Source of the DNA: Octopus sinensis
Lineage: Eukaryota
Length of the DNA: 64,000 nt
Assembly (NCBI RefSeq): GCF_006345805.1
Contig: NC_043004.1
Location: 77,686,001-77,750,000 of the forward strand
Reading direction: 5' to 3'
The position numbers and the translations under genes are program-made. This document shows, piece by piece, positions 13,101-26,100 of the stretch. How positions within the stretch are numbered: position 1 is the stretch's first letter; each line of letters begins with the position of its first letter. The notes under the pieces are model-generated. The model was not told the origin of the DNA. It searched no databases and worked only from the letters and a program-made list of their open reading frames with translations.

Positions 13101-14142
13101 AAATAAATAAGTCAACATTTTAATGTCCTAAAGTTGAACCAACTAATGTGCTTCTTCATTTTCTTATTTGCAATATAAATTAATGATAAAATATTTCTTT
13201 ACCTTCACCCATTTAATACAATAAGTAAGTTAATTGCATTGCAATTAAAAACACTTGTGTATTAATAACAGGGTATTATACCAACAGTATATTGGATAAA
13301 TATTATCCCTTAGTGAGTTGGATCCATAACCCCTAATTTACTTGGTGTTACATACAATATATATAAATATAAATATATATATATGTATATATATATATAT
13401 ACTAGCAAAGATACTCAGCATTGCTTGAGATTAAAATGGTATAGTTTTCATTCTTTTACTTGTTTCAGTCACGTGACTGTGGCCATGCTGGAGCACCGCC
13501 TTTAGTCAAATCGACCCCAGGATTTGTTTTTTGTAAGCCTAGTACTTATTCTATCAGTGTCCATTGCCGAACAACTATGTTACGAGGACGTAAACATAGT
13601 AACATCGGCTGTCAAACGATGGTGGGGGTACAAACAAACACACACAAATATACACATATATACAAGTCTTCTTTCAGTTTGTGTAAGAAATCCACTCACA
13701 AGGCTTTGGTTGGCCTGACACAAATATGTATATATATGAGCGTGGCCGTTTGCCAGCCTCGTCTGGCACCTGTGTCGGTGGCACATAAAATCACCCACTA
13801 CACTCTCGGAGTGGTTGGCGTTAGGAAGGGCATCCAGCTGTAGAAACACTGCCAGATCTGACTGGACTGGTGCAGCTTTCGGGCTCCCCAGACCCCAGTT
13901 GAACCGTCCAACCCATGCTAGCATGGAAAGCGGACGTTAAATGATGATGATGATGATGATATATATATATATATATTTAGGACAGACTTCTTTCAGTTTC
14001 CGTCAACCAAATCCACTCACATGGCTTTGGTCAGCCCAAGGCTATAGTAGAAGACACTTGCCCAAGGTACCACACATTGGGACTGAACCAGGAACGATGT
14101 GGTTGAGAAGCAAGCTTCTTATGACAAAGCCATACCCACACC

Positions 14143-14186
<44 letters not shown>

Positions 14187-17100
14187 GCATATATAGTTGA
14201 AATTTACAGAAAAACAAAAGATGAAGACAGGTGTATAAACAACAAGCAGGTGTGTTAGTTTGATGCTTGGGAAGGTCAAAAAGTCTTTTACGTTTTGAGC
14301 CTAGGCTCTTCAACAGAAAAGAATGAGAAGAAATAAACAGAGAGAATAAAAAGAATTGTGGAGTTAGAGATCAATCATGGCAATACATGCATACACATAT
14401 ATATAGGTGCGGTTGGGTTCCAAAAGGGCCTCAGAGAGTAGTGTTCCTGCCTTTCTTAGCTAGCTTTTCACTACATTTCTTAAAAATCGTAGTAGAGGCC
14501 TTGGTCACAGGGACCACTCATGACTAGAAACTGAGGTTGGGAGTAAGCAAGGGCATGCTCCCCGCAGAAAATCCAGCTCCAAAAAGCCTCATGATAGCAA
14601 AGGAGAATGGGCACCAGCCAGTCCGCCCAAAGGTTGGGGTGGCTGCACCTGCCTACTGCAGTTGCTATGGCATTGAGGTAGATCCAGCCACCCTCGTTAA
14701 CAGGGATAAAACCTGGATTTAAAACACTGGATGATGATGAGATATATATATGTATGTATCTATCTATATACTAGCAGAGATACCCAGCATTACCCGTGTC
14801 ACATGGAATTGAAGAATTAGACTTTTTGGATCTTTTCCTTTTGACGGCAGTTTTCAACACAATTTCTAGTTAACTAAACACTTTTAATCTTCATATACTG
14901 GTAGAATGTGTCAAAATAAAACATCTTTTTCTCTTAGCTTTCTTGAGAAAATTGTAATTTGTAAGTTTAACGTAGTTTAATTTTTCGAATTTTAACCAAT
15001 CGATGGCCTATATATTGTTCTTTCTGACAGTGACTGGGGATGAAGACCTCTCAGTATGAATTAGAAAAGGAACTACAAGACTTGTCCAGATAAATTAACT
15101 GAGTCACTCAGTTCAAATCACACTTGCAAATGGAATACCTGTAATTTATTAGAGGTTAACTCTTTCATATTTTCCAAATAACTGACACAGAGTTCAATAA
15201 ATAAACCAAACAATGATAAGAATAAAAGTGATGTGATACTATCTGTTGTCCAGTTTCCATTGAAGAAACTTAAATAGTTCATTACAATAATTTTTACAAC
15301 TTCCATAATTTCCACGAGTCTTTTACAGCTCAAATGTCATTTCTCAATTTTTTATTTTTAAATTCATGATATCTAAAAGCATGTACCATTCTCATTTCAT
15401 TTCTCTAATTTTCTATGAGGGGAAAACATTTAGCTATAAAGATATCTAAACCAATAAATGTAAATAATTGGATTTGAAAAATTATCTGAACTTACATAAG
15501 AAAATTAAAAAAGATAAACATTAAAAGACAGGGACTTACTTGTTTGGCTAAAACCTGAAATCGACACAGGTCCAGATGCACTTAAGCTTTGAAAATAAGG
15601 GCTACCACCAAACACATTATAATTTGGATTCCTGTAATAAAAAAATAAAATAAAATAAAATTTATTATTGTAATTGATAAAAGCTATATACGAAAGTAAA
15701 TATAGAAATAAAAGATTAATGATAAAAAAATAGAAATGCCAGCATATAACTTTAGTAAACCAATACCAAGTGAAGGTTACCATTCAATTGTCAATAAAAT
15801 AAATATAATAGAGGAGAGTTAAATAGTTTCATGAACATAGGAGCTTGGGAGGCCTGCTCTGGTCCTAATTCCCACAGTTGTATATGCATGATATAAAACA
15901 CTCAAATGCATTAATACTGCAACCAAATCTGTCAAAAATTTCCACTGTTTTAAGTTATAGTAATTGTTTTAAGCTCAAATAATAATATGTCCCAAAACAG
16001 GCAGAATTAATTGAATTTAAAATGAAACCAATATAAGTTATGTAAAAATTAAGTGGTAGATTTGGACAGTGCAGTTGACAGGAAGCAATTTAAAAACCCT
16101 GAATTTGAACCACGATAATGATTAAGTATTTTCATAAACTTTAGTTCAATGAAAGGTTATGGTATCAGCTGTAAATTAAGGCCAGTGCTAGAAATTATGC
16201 AGTATAAGTCATGTTGGTTATGTGATTACTCATATTAATGTACACTGGATGTGTACCTCATATTGTAGTGATAGCAAAACAAAAAATTTCAGAATATTTT
16301 AAAAACATTCTCTGTACCCTTCATTATTGTCATTAAATAAGCAAGGAAAAACCTTTGAGACAAAAACACAGAATACTATTTTACTTTCATTTTTTTTTTT
16401 TCGGTGTGGGAAGGGGGCTTCACTCACAAAAGAAATGTAGCTCTCTCTACATCATAGTAAAGATGATACTTCAAAACAAATAGAGACTGAAATAAAATCA
16501 ATACTTTTTTAAGAACATGTCTATATAATAAGTAGCTAGCAAGAAGCACTGAAGATTACATTGCCATGACGATAGTTAACAAGACTAAAATGTTAAGAGT
16601 TGTCCAAATTGCTTGTTTGACCAGAGAATGACATTACCTAACCACTAAGAAAATTCCCCAATCACTGTATTTAACTCTATTAAGATTAGTTTTGTGCCTT
16701 ATGTTTGATAAATTAACTTCACTAGTGGTGGTGTTATAATAAACCAGTAGTTGGCAATATAAAAAGGTTATTTAGTCATGAAAACTTAGCCAAAATCATT
16801 CTCAAAATACATATAAATAATTTTCTTTCCTAATAAGAAAAAATTAGATCAGTAATGGTGGATGGAAACAGCATAATTAAAACTGGGACCTGCAATGATG
16901 TGGAATGTAAAAATTTGACTAGACTTTCTTGAATTACCAAATCATCATCTTCATTGTTTAACGTCCTCTCAAACAAAATAAATAAATGCGCTTCAGAATA
17001 AGTATATTATGCACACCACTTTAAAAGTCATAAGGTTTCTATGCTATAAACAGAAAGTCCAACTATGCAAAAAAAAAAAAATTACAGACCACCATATATT

Positions 17101-20100
17101 TAGTGTGTGTGTGTGTGTATATATATATACACATACACACACACACACACACTAAATGATGTGTCTTGAAAAAATATAATTTCTTATGACTTATACAAAA
17201 CCTCAGGTTTAAGAAAATTTTAAAGGTTTGTTTCATAGAGAACATGTGAGTCTTACATTTTCAAATCAAAATTTTGTGGCCTGATAAAGTGATTTTACTT
17301 GTCTTCCCTTTAAGATTGTTATAGCTCACATTTTTTATTCATCCTATCATATAAATCTTATTATCATAACATAAATTTGTGTTAGTACTTGTATTTGGAG
17401 ATGGTCATTTTCTTTTTCTTTTTTTTTTGCCAATTAACCACAAACTATATATTCATTCTTCACTTCAGCTTTATTATTATTATTCCCATTTTAGTGTTCT
17501 TTATCTGAAATCTTTTGTCACATATCCTGTGATCTTTTCAGCAACTTACCATCCCATGTGTCTTCTCCTGTTGAGAGTCACTGAAGAGGTCACAGGATGT
17601 GTGACAAAAGATTTCAGATGAAGGACACTAAAATAAGAATAATAATAATAAAACTGAAGTGAAGAACAAGTATATAGTGCATGTAGTTAATTTACAGAAA
17701 AAAAAGACCATCTCCAAATATATATTTCTTTACTACCCACAAGGGGCTAAACATAGAGGGGACAAACAAGGACAGACAAAGGGATTAAGTCGATTACATT
17801 GACCCCAGTGCGAAACTGGTACTTATTTAATCGAGCCCGAAAGGATGAAAGGCAAAGTCGACCTCGGCGGAATTTGAACTCAGAACGTAGCGACAGATGA
17901 AATACCGCTAAGCATTTCGTCCAACATGCTAACGTTTCTGCCAGCTCACCACCCCAACAAAATCTGTTTCAACACAGAATTTCACATGAGGAATCTTGCT
18001 AAACAAATACATGTATTAGTACTGTTTATTGGTCTCTTTCTACATAATGTAATGCAGCTTAGAATGGATGTTAAGATTAAATATATTTGAATACAGTTCT
18101 TCACAAATATGAAAAAGAGATATATAAATGTGGCATATAAAAACTAACACTTATGCAAAATATAATGCAAGAAATTATATTTTCTCAAGAAGCATCACAT
18201 ATGTAAGCAGGGAGTGAAAAAACAGTTCTCGTTTCTCTTTTGTATAATTAAAATCTCCAAATACTGTTTTGAAAAATAAATGAAGAAAAAACAAAAAAAA
18301 ACAAAAACAAAGAAGAGAGTGCATGATTTATCTATTTTGCAGCATCTACTTTATCCATTTTGATAATTCAGGAAAGTAAATGTACATTTTTACATTTCCC
18401 ATTATTGCTAGTCTCAATATTAATTATACCACTTTCATCAATGCTAAAAAATTAAATCTTACCCAAGTGGACCAGATGTGATGGGAGCATCTGATTTTTT
18501 CTGCGCCAAAGTTTTCTTGCTGTCAGAGGGAGACATGTCTGAAGAAGATGATGGTGATGTGGTAGCCAAAATATCTTTATTACTTTTGCTTTTGTTATTG
18601 TTAGACGACAGCTGGCATTTGTTCTTCTTGTTTTTCTTATCTTGTTTTTCTGCAGATCTTTACAACAGAGAAGAGGAATAAGTACTTTGTAAATATAGAA
18701 AATTAAAAAGTAAACAAAAAAATATGAACAAATATTTATATACTATTTAGTTTAGGGAAATACTAATTAGACATTATAAGCACAAATTTTAGTCTGAAAG
18801 AACAATAGGCTATACCAGTAGACTTGTTGGGGTGAGGGTTTCAGTCTCAAATTAGTGTATAATATCTAATAACATTTTTATTAAAATCATCATCATCGTT
18901 TAAGGTCCACTTTCCATGCTAGCATGGGTTGGATGTATGACTGAGGGCTGGCAAACCAGATGGCTGCACCAGGCTTCAATCTTGATCTGGCAGAGTTTCT
19001 ACAGCTGGATGCCCTTCCTAACACCAACCACTCCAAGGGTGTTGTGGGTGCTTTTACGTGCCACCGGCACAAGGCCAGTCAGGTGGCACTGGCAATGACC
19101 TCGCTCGAATCTTTTACACATGCTACCGGCGCGGGTGCCAGTAAGGCGATGCTGGTAACGATCACGCTCGAATGGTGTTTTTTACGTGCCAAACCATTAA
19201 TTTACAAATTAGGAATCAGTACTGTCTTTAGCCTCAACAATTCCTTATATCCCTTCTGACAATAGTACAAGTTCAGGACATGCTAATGAATTGGTATCTT
19301 AACAGACTTAATCAAAAACTGCAGTAAACTTCCCAAGCCTGATGGAATGAGATAAAGTTCAAAAGTCTGAAAACCAATATGGTAATTACCAAAATACTAG
19401 TTAATACCAATAAGCACAAAATCCCAGAGTAGGAAGGAAATAAAAGCTGCACACTCAATGGAACATATAGAAAATAGATTCTCTCAATGTCTGGGGGGAT
19501 CCTTAGAAATAGTAGATAGCTTCCATTACCTAGGCAACCAAATTAGTAGTGGAAGAGGAAGCTCCAAAAGCATAGTTGCTAGAATAAAAATAGGCCGGGC
19601 AAAGTCCAGAGAGCTGCTACCTTTGTTAGTAACATATGGACCTCTCCCTCAAAATGACAGGCAGATTGTATAATGCCTGTGTCCGAACAGCTATGCTGCA
19701 TAGCAGTGAAACATGGGCTGTGACTACATAGCACATCAAAGGTTTGAAGGAAATGAAACCAGCATGCTCTGCTGGATGGATAATGTCAGTATGCATGTAC
19801 AACAGAGTGTAAATGATTTAAGAGAAAAATTGGGTATAAGAGGCATGAGATGTCGTTTGAAAGAGAGAAGATTGCATAAAGTGATCTCTGATTGTGGAGG
19901 GAGCCTGTGGAAAGAGGAGACCAAGGAAGATGTGAGACAAAGTGATGAGAAAGGATCTTCAGCTATTCAGTCTCACTAAGGAAATTACAAGAGAGTGAAA
20001 CATTTGGTGATTTGTTGTGCTACAGAAGACACGACAAGTTAAGTCAAATCATATCCTTTACAGCCATAACCCTACTACCTCTCACAAAATTCTGTCCTCT

Positions 20101-23100
20101 GGTAAGCCTCATACACAACCATTTCTCCAACACCTCTACCAGCCACTGCCCCCCCCCCCAGTACAACATCACTTGCTGTCTCTAAATATTTCCCCTCACA
20201 CACTTATGGTACATCTCCTCTATCCCCTCTGTACTACCTACACTCATCTACCTCTGCTCTTTGTCAGTAGACCCTATCTTGGTCTCTTTCTCTTTTTCTC
20301 TATCTCTGTCCCACCTCCCTCTGCTTCCTTGTTCTACTGAGGTAGCCAAGTATCTTCCTTGTAGTAATAGAGCTATCCCTGACCCCCTATCATATTCCAA
20401 CCTCTTGTCTGGCACACGGCCACTTTCACTCTCTTGTCTTGCAGGCCTCTTGGCAACCCCATGAGTACTTGTGCCAGCACCACGTAATAAGCACCTGGAC
20501 TGGTAGCATGTAGAAAGCACCCATGCCAGTGCCATGTAAAAAAGCTCCACATAAGAAGAGCACCTGTGCTGGTTCTGCATAAAAAAACACCCAGTACATT
20601 CTGTAAAGTGGTTGGCATTAAGGAGGACATCCAGCCATAAAAACCTTGCCAAAACAGATGACTGGAGCCTGGTGCAGCCCTCCGGCTTGCTAGATCCTGT
20701 CAATCCACCCAAACCATAAACAACTTCAAATGCATTTTATGTACAAGTAGTTAACAGTAAGAGCAATAGATAAAAATGAGATCCATGAACTCCTCAGATG
20801 AATTACTAGATATAATTGATTGTTGCTAATCTAGAATGGCTGAATCAAGTAAACAAGGAATGAAAGGAATTCACAGAAAAGTTACTACTGCTGGCAACAG
20901 ATTTCTTCTATAGAAAATTAATTGGGATGAATCGTAAGAAGTTTAATGCTATAGAGTATCAAGTGGGTCATTACTCTGAGTATGTCTGTAGAGGCTGGGG
21001 AGAAAGTTTTTAAGTATAGTTTTTAAGCCCAAAATGGCTTGAAAGTCAAAACATGCCGGCGGGAAATAACATCACTAGTTGAGACAAGCTGACACTGAAT
21101 CAGCTTCACTGACTGACAGGTGACGGTCGTTTAGAGAATGCGCGGGCTAAGACTACGCGCCTTCACTAGCCAGTTAAGGTGAGACAGTGTCATGTGACAA
21201 CTTGCTGGGGCTGCCTGCTGGAGCCTATGCGACAGGTATTTAAAGGGAAAAATTTGACAAGTCAGTCAGTCATCGGCTGACACTCACTGATGCTACATCG
21301 AAGAGGCCAGAGAACAGAAGAAAGAAGACATGCACCCAACACCAGAGCTGAAGACAGCTCTGAATGGGGGGGGGGGCTGCCACATCAAAATGGTAGAGGA
21401 GTAGGGGCCGAAACCGGACGTGGTTCCTCCTGATGATGTCTTGAGCTAACTGGATCCTATAAAGGAGCTGTTGTGGTAGCAGACCACGAAACACGGTTGT
21501 AATTCCTCCTATAGTGGAAGTACAATGTTAATCTGCATATAAAATTTAACAGCTCAAGTGAGTGAAATGAGTGGTTGAATATTAGAAAGTAATGTACACA
21601 AGAGAAAAAAAAAAAAAAGAAATGACATGTAATGTCATTTGAAGATGAATGCTAATGACAAAAGATTGAAGCAGGTGACAATGAGCAGTAAAGCAAACTT
21701 GTTCAAGTTATGCAAGTATGAGTGGGACAAAAACAATACTTAATGACTATTACTTGTTAAAATCAGTATTCTATAAACTTCTGCAGCTTTGGTCAGTTAG
21801 ATCAGATCTCTTACCACAAAATGTGAAACAGAAAGTATAAAAGATATGTCAGACTATACTATATTGTCATGGTTGTAGTGCTACCATGTCGTATTTTGCT
21901 TATGTCTTAAAGAAGAGAGAACAGTACTAATGATTCTATGATTAGTGGCAGGGAGTTATCCTCATATCCACAAACTAACCTTAACTGCTTGCAACAGAGT
22001 CAACTTAAAGACACCCACAAACTGAGTGATGGTGTCAAACTGGGCAGTGGATTGAATCTAGGTTTTATGCTGCTTTTGACTTTTTTTACTTAAAATTTCT
22101 TACAGTATTAAAAAATATACATATTACATTGTCTAGTAAATAAAATTAATATTATAGCACCTTAATCAGCATTTATTCTGTATTTATAAATGAAATTTAT
22201 ATAAATCTCAATAAAATTGAAGCACTGGGAAATGTTTATCTATGGGAGTTGTTTATTAGCAAATTGTCTTAAGAACCTTTGTGGCAACAGGGTCTGGGCA
22301 GCTTTATTATACATCGTAATTTGGGTTTAGATGGTTACCAGTGGAAATAAGTCAAAAGACTGAGAGAGTCAAAGCACTCTAATAGAGTAAATATATATAC
22401 ATTTATATGTATGTATGTGTGTATTGAATACAGGAATTAAAATAATCAAAATCAAAGCTCATTTCAATCAAAAACAAAAATATATACGAACTTATCATAC
22501 ATGAAAATTTAATATATATCAGCAGCTTAGCCAGTGTGTGTGCTGCCCTAAAAATGCCAACCCCATAAAAACATTGCTTTGGACAGACTATTTCCCTCCC
22601 CCCTCCCCCAGCAATACTACCTGATATATACAATTCAATTTACTTTAAAAGAAAAGAAATTCACATTTAAGCATTTTACAATGTGGAACAAAATACTTCT
22701 CATAATAAAGATATTTGTGATAGCAATATCATTAATGATAATTTCATATGGACTTTAAATTTCAAGAATGTTTAAGCTGAGAAGAAAATGGAGATAAGTA
22801 AGAATTTCAAATAATGTACAAAAATAATTAACCCTAACTATAGTGGCCTATATGAGTTAGATTGCATATCTCTCTCTACATATAAACGGCAAAATGTCTG
22901 TCTGTGTGTGTGTGTCCTTTATACAAATCCACAATTTTTCAGTTAGAGGATTCGCACTTTCTATGGTCATTCAAAACCGTCCAAGGGTGGTCGTGCACAT
23001 CTTTACATTTCCCCAGTCACCCTACAAACCCATTAAAAAATCAATAGAAGTGACTTTTTTGTGAACTTTCTATCCAAAACCCAATCAAAATGCCCGAAAC

Positions 23101-26100
23101 TTGATACGCCAATTGAATGCCAGCTAGCCGTATGTGATTGGTCGGAGATTTGGACAGTACTCGCGTGTATGTGCATACGCATGCAGCTGTATATGCATGC
23201 ACTAGCAGTATGACCAGGCAACGCCGGGTCATAGTGCTAGTGATAATAATATTTTTGTTTGAGTCCAAAGAAATGATAATTAACATTTTCACATTTTATA
23301 TATTTTAGTTTTATTATTAAAAAAATAAAATGCATTCATTTTTCTTTGATCTTTCAATCAACATTTTTGTTATTACATGGCTTACATTATTAAAAGTATA
23401 TATCAGACTAATGTTTTACAAACTATTTGACAGAAATCTTTTTTTTTTTTAAATTTGATCTTCATAACTTAACCCAAACCATTCTGTCTATTTCAAATAA
23501 AAAGTTTCTATTAACAACAATTCTTGTGGAACTATTGGTCAACCCACAGGAAAACAAGACCAAAATAGTAGTTTGTCATGAAAGTAGCAAGGGTAAATTA
23601 ACTTGCTGTCATTAACAAAGTGAAATATAGCACATCCCCTAAGTCATTCCTGACTTTCTGATTTCCCTGAGAAACAAAATCTGAATTGCACTCAAGTTTT
23701 TTAAAAGTGATTATTGTAATTTATGAAAGTGCTATAAAGGAAAAACAAGTTGCCAAATATAAACAATAATCCGAGGAGGTAACTTCTTAAAAACAATGAA
23801 AAATTGAATTAATAACAGGGAATAATCAAAATCAAAATCAAATTCGATGACTGGCATCCGTACTAGCGGGGTGCAAAGAGCACCATATGAGTGTGATCAT
23901 TGACAGAGAGGCTAACCGGCTTCCGTGCCAGTGGCACTTAAAAGGTACCATTCGAGTGTGATCGTTACCAGCGTTGCCTTAAAGAGCACCATCCGAGCGT
24001 GATCGTTGCCAGAGCGGCTACCTGGCCTCTGTGCCGGCGGCACGTAAAAGACACCATTCGAGCGTGATCGTTACCAGCATTGCCTTACTGGCACCTGTGC
24101 CAGTGGAATGTGTAAAAGATTCGAGCGAGGTTGTTGCCAGTACCAGTGGCACATAAAAGCACCCACTAAACTCTCGGAGTGGTTGGCGTTAGGAAGGGCA
24201 TCCAGCTGTAGAAACTCTGCCAGATCAAGATTGAAGCCTGGTGCAGCCATCTGGTTTGCCAGCCCTCATTCGACCAACCCATGCTAGCATGGAAAGCGGA
24301 CGTTAAACGATGATGATGATGATGGGTCAGATACTTCACATGTAAGAATGTTCTTACTATGTTATAAGTCAATACTTCAGATACCGTAACAGTTTGTTAC
24401 ATCTGTATGGTGATGGAAGCAACATATAAGGGGTAACTTTACATTAAGGTGAGGAACATACAATTTCCTAGAATTCAGACCATTCATAGATCCAGCAAAA
24501 TAAAATGGAAAAGGTGTTGCGAAGGAGGATGGCAAGGGAGATGCACTGGAACAGCCCCTGGCTCACAGGACTTGCATTTGTAGATACCCATCTCCACCTG
24601 AATAGCGGTGAGCAGGGATATGGTCTGGGGGCAGTGCCACAGACTTGACCATAAACCTCTCTATTCTACTTGTACGACACATCCCATATCTGATTTGTCG
24701 AGTATTTATCTATGTTGATAATAGTCTCATTTACTGACTTTAACGACACCTGTCACCTCATAACTATAAGACATGCTGTAGAATGCTATAATTGTGACTA
24801 ATATTTGTTAAGTTTGTTTTAAACAAACAGTAAAACAGCCATTTGATGCATTAGAAATATGCAGACAATTAAATTAGTACTAAAGTGAAAACAATAATAA
24901 TGGACACCCAAAATAATACTATATATTTCTTTTTTTTTTTTTGTTGCATTCATTATAAGCTAGAATTTCAAATAATGTACCAACTGATCGTGGCCGTTAC
25001 CAGCCTTCCCTGGCACCTATGCCAGTGGCACGGAAAAAGCACCATCCGTACGTGGCCGATGCCAGCGTCGCCTTTACTGGCTTCCATGCCGGTGGCATGT
25101 AAGAAGCACCAATCGTTCGTGGCTGTTGCCAGCCTACCCTGGCACATAAAAACCACCCACTACACTCACGAAGTGGTTGGCATTAGGAAGGGCATCCAGC
25201 TTTAGAAACACTGCCAGATCAGACTGGAGCCTGGTGCAGCCTCCTGACTTCCCAGACCCCGGTTGAACCATCCAACCCATGCTAGCATGGAAAACGGCAT
25301 TAAACAATGATGATGATGATGTACAAAAATAATTTACCCTAACTATAATGATCTATATGAGTTAGATTGCATATCTTTAATATTTTTGTTTGTGTCCAAA
25401 GAAATGATAATTAACATTTTCACATTTTATATATTTTAGTTTTATTAATAAAAAAATAAAATGCATTCATTTTTCAATCAACTATTTGACAGAAATCTTG
25501 TTTTTTTTTTTTTAATTTGATCTTCATAACTTGACCCAAAACATTCTGTCCATCTCAAATAAAACGTCTCTACCAACAACAAACCTGCTGTAAAAACCAC
25601 ATTTTTTTTTGTCTGTTATATAGAAAAATTAAGGTTATTTTTATATCACTAAGGCAATAGCTAAAAATTCATGCTCTAAAAATTACTTTGCCTTCAACAA
25701 ATTCTTCAGCCTTTTTCTCAGCACTTATCCAAAGTTATAGAAAGAACTTGCAAATGAACTTTATATTACCCTGATAAATAACTTTTCTCAACTAGTGAAT
25801 TACTAAATTTTCACTCCAACATTTTTAATATGTTTCCCAGGCAAGGCACAGTATAGTAGAGAATTTATCTTCACTTTGAAAACGTTACTTTCAGTAAAGT
25901 TATTTCCCTTGACATGTGCAATGCGTTATCAATGTTTTACATCTGTAGTGTGCAGCCATTTCAAATAGTGGCTGCCAATTCGTAGTAGCTGGCAATATGA
26001 TGTAATGTTGTATTGCCGAAGAAATATGATTGTCATTTTCCCCATTGGTTGAAATAACTGCTCATATAGGAATTCTGAAAATTAGTTAAAGAACATTTTT

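Noticed and set aside
17880-17955. tRNA genes
   Set aside because: A/B-box-like motifs belong to SINE heads and no complete cloverleaf is evident.
21425-21510. Intact hammerhead ribozyme
   Set aside because: CTGATGA and GAAAC are present but stems I, II and III cannot be paired consistently in one register.
21981-22058. 78-nt exon-like segment with strong AAG|gttagt donor
   Set aside because: Purine-rich acceptor region and an in-frame TGA in the required phase 2.
22403-22633. ORF or alternative exon starting GSIAGGGG
   Set aside because: The putative acceptor gives phase 1 whereas the intron is phase 2; no homology. It may be conserved non-coding sequence, which cannot be tested here.
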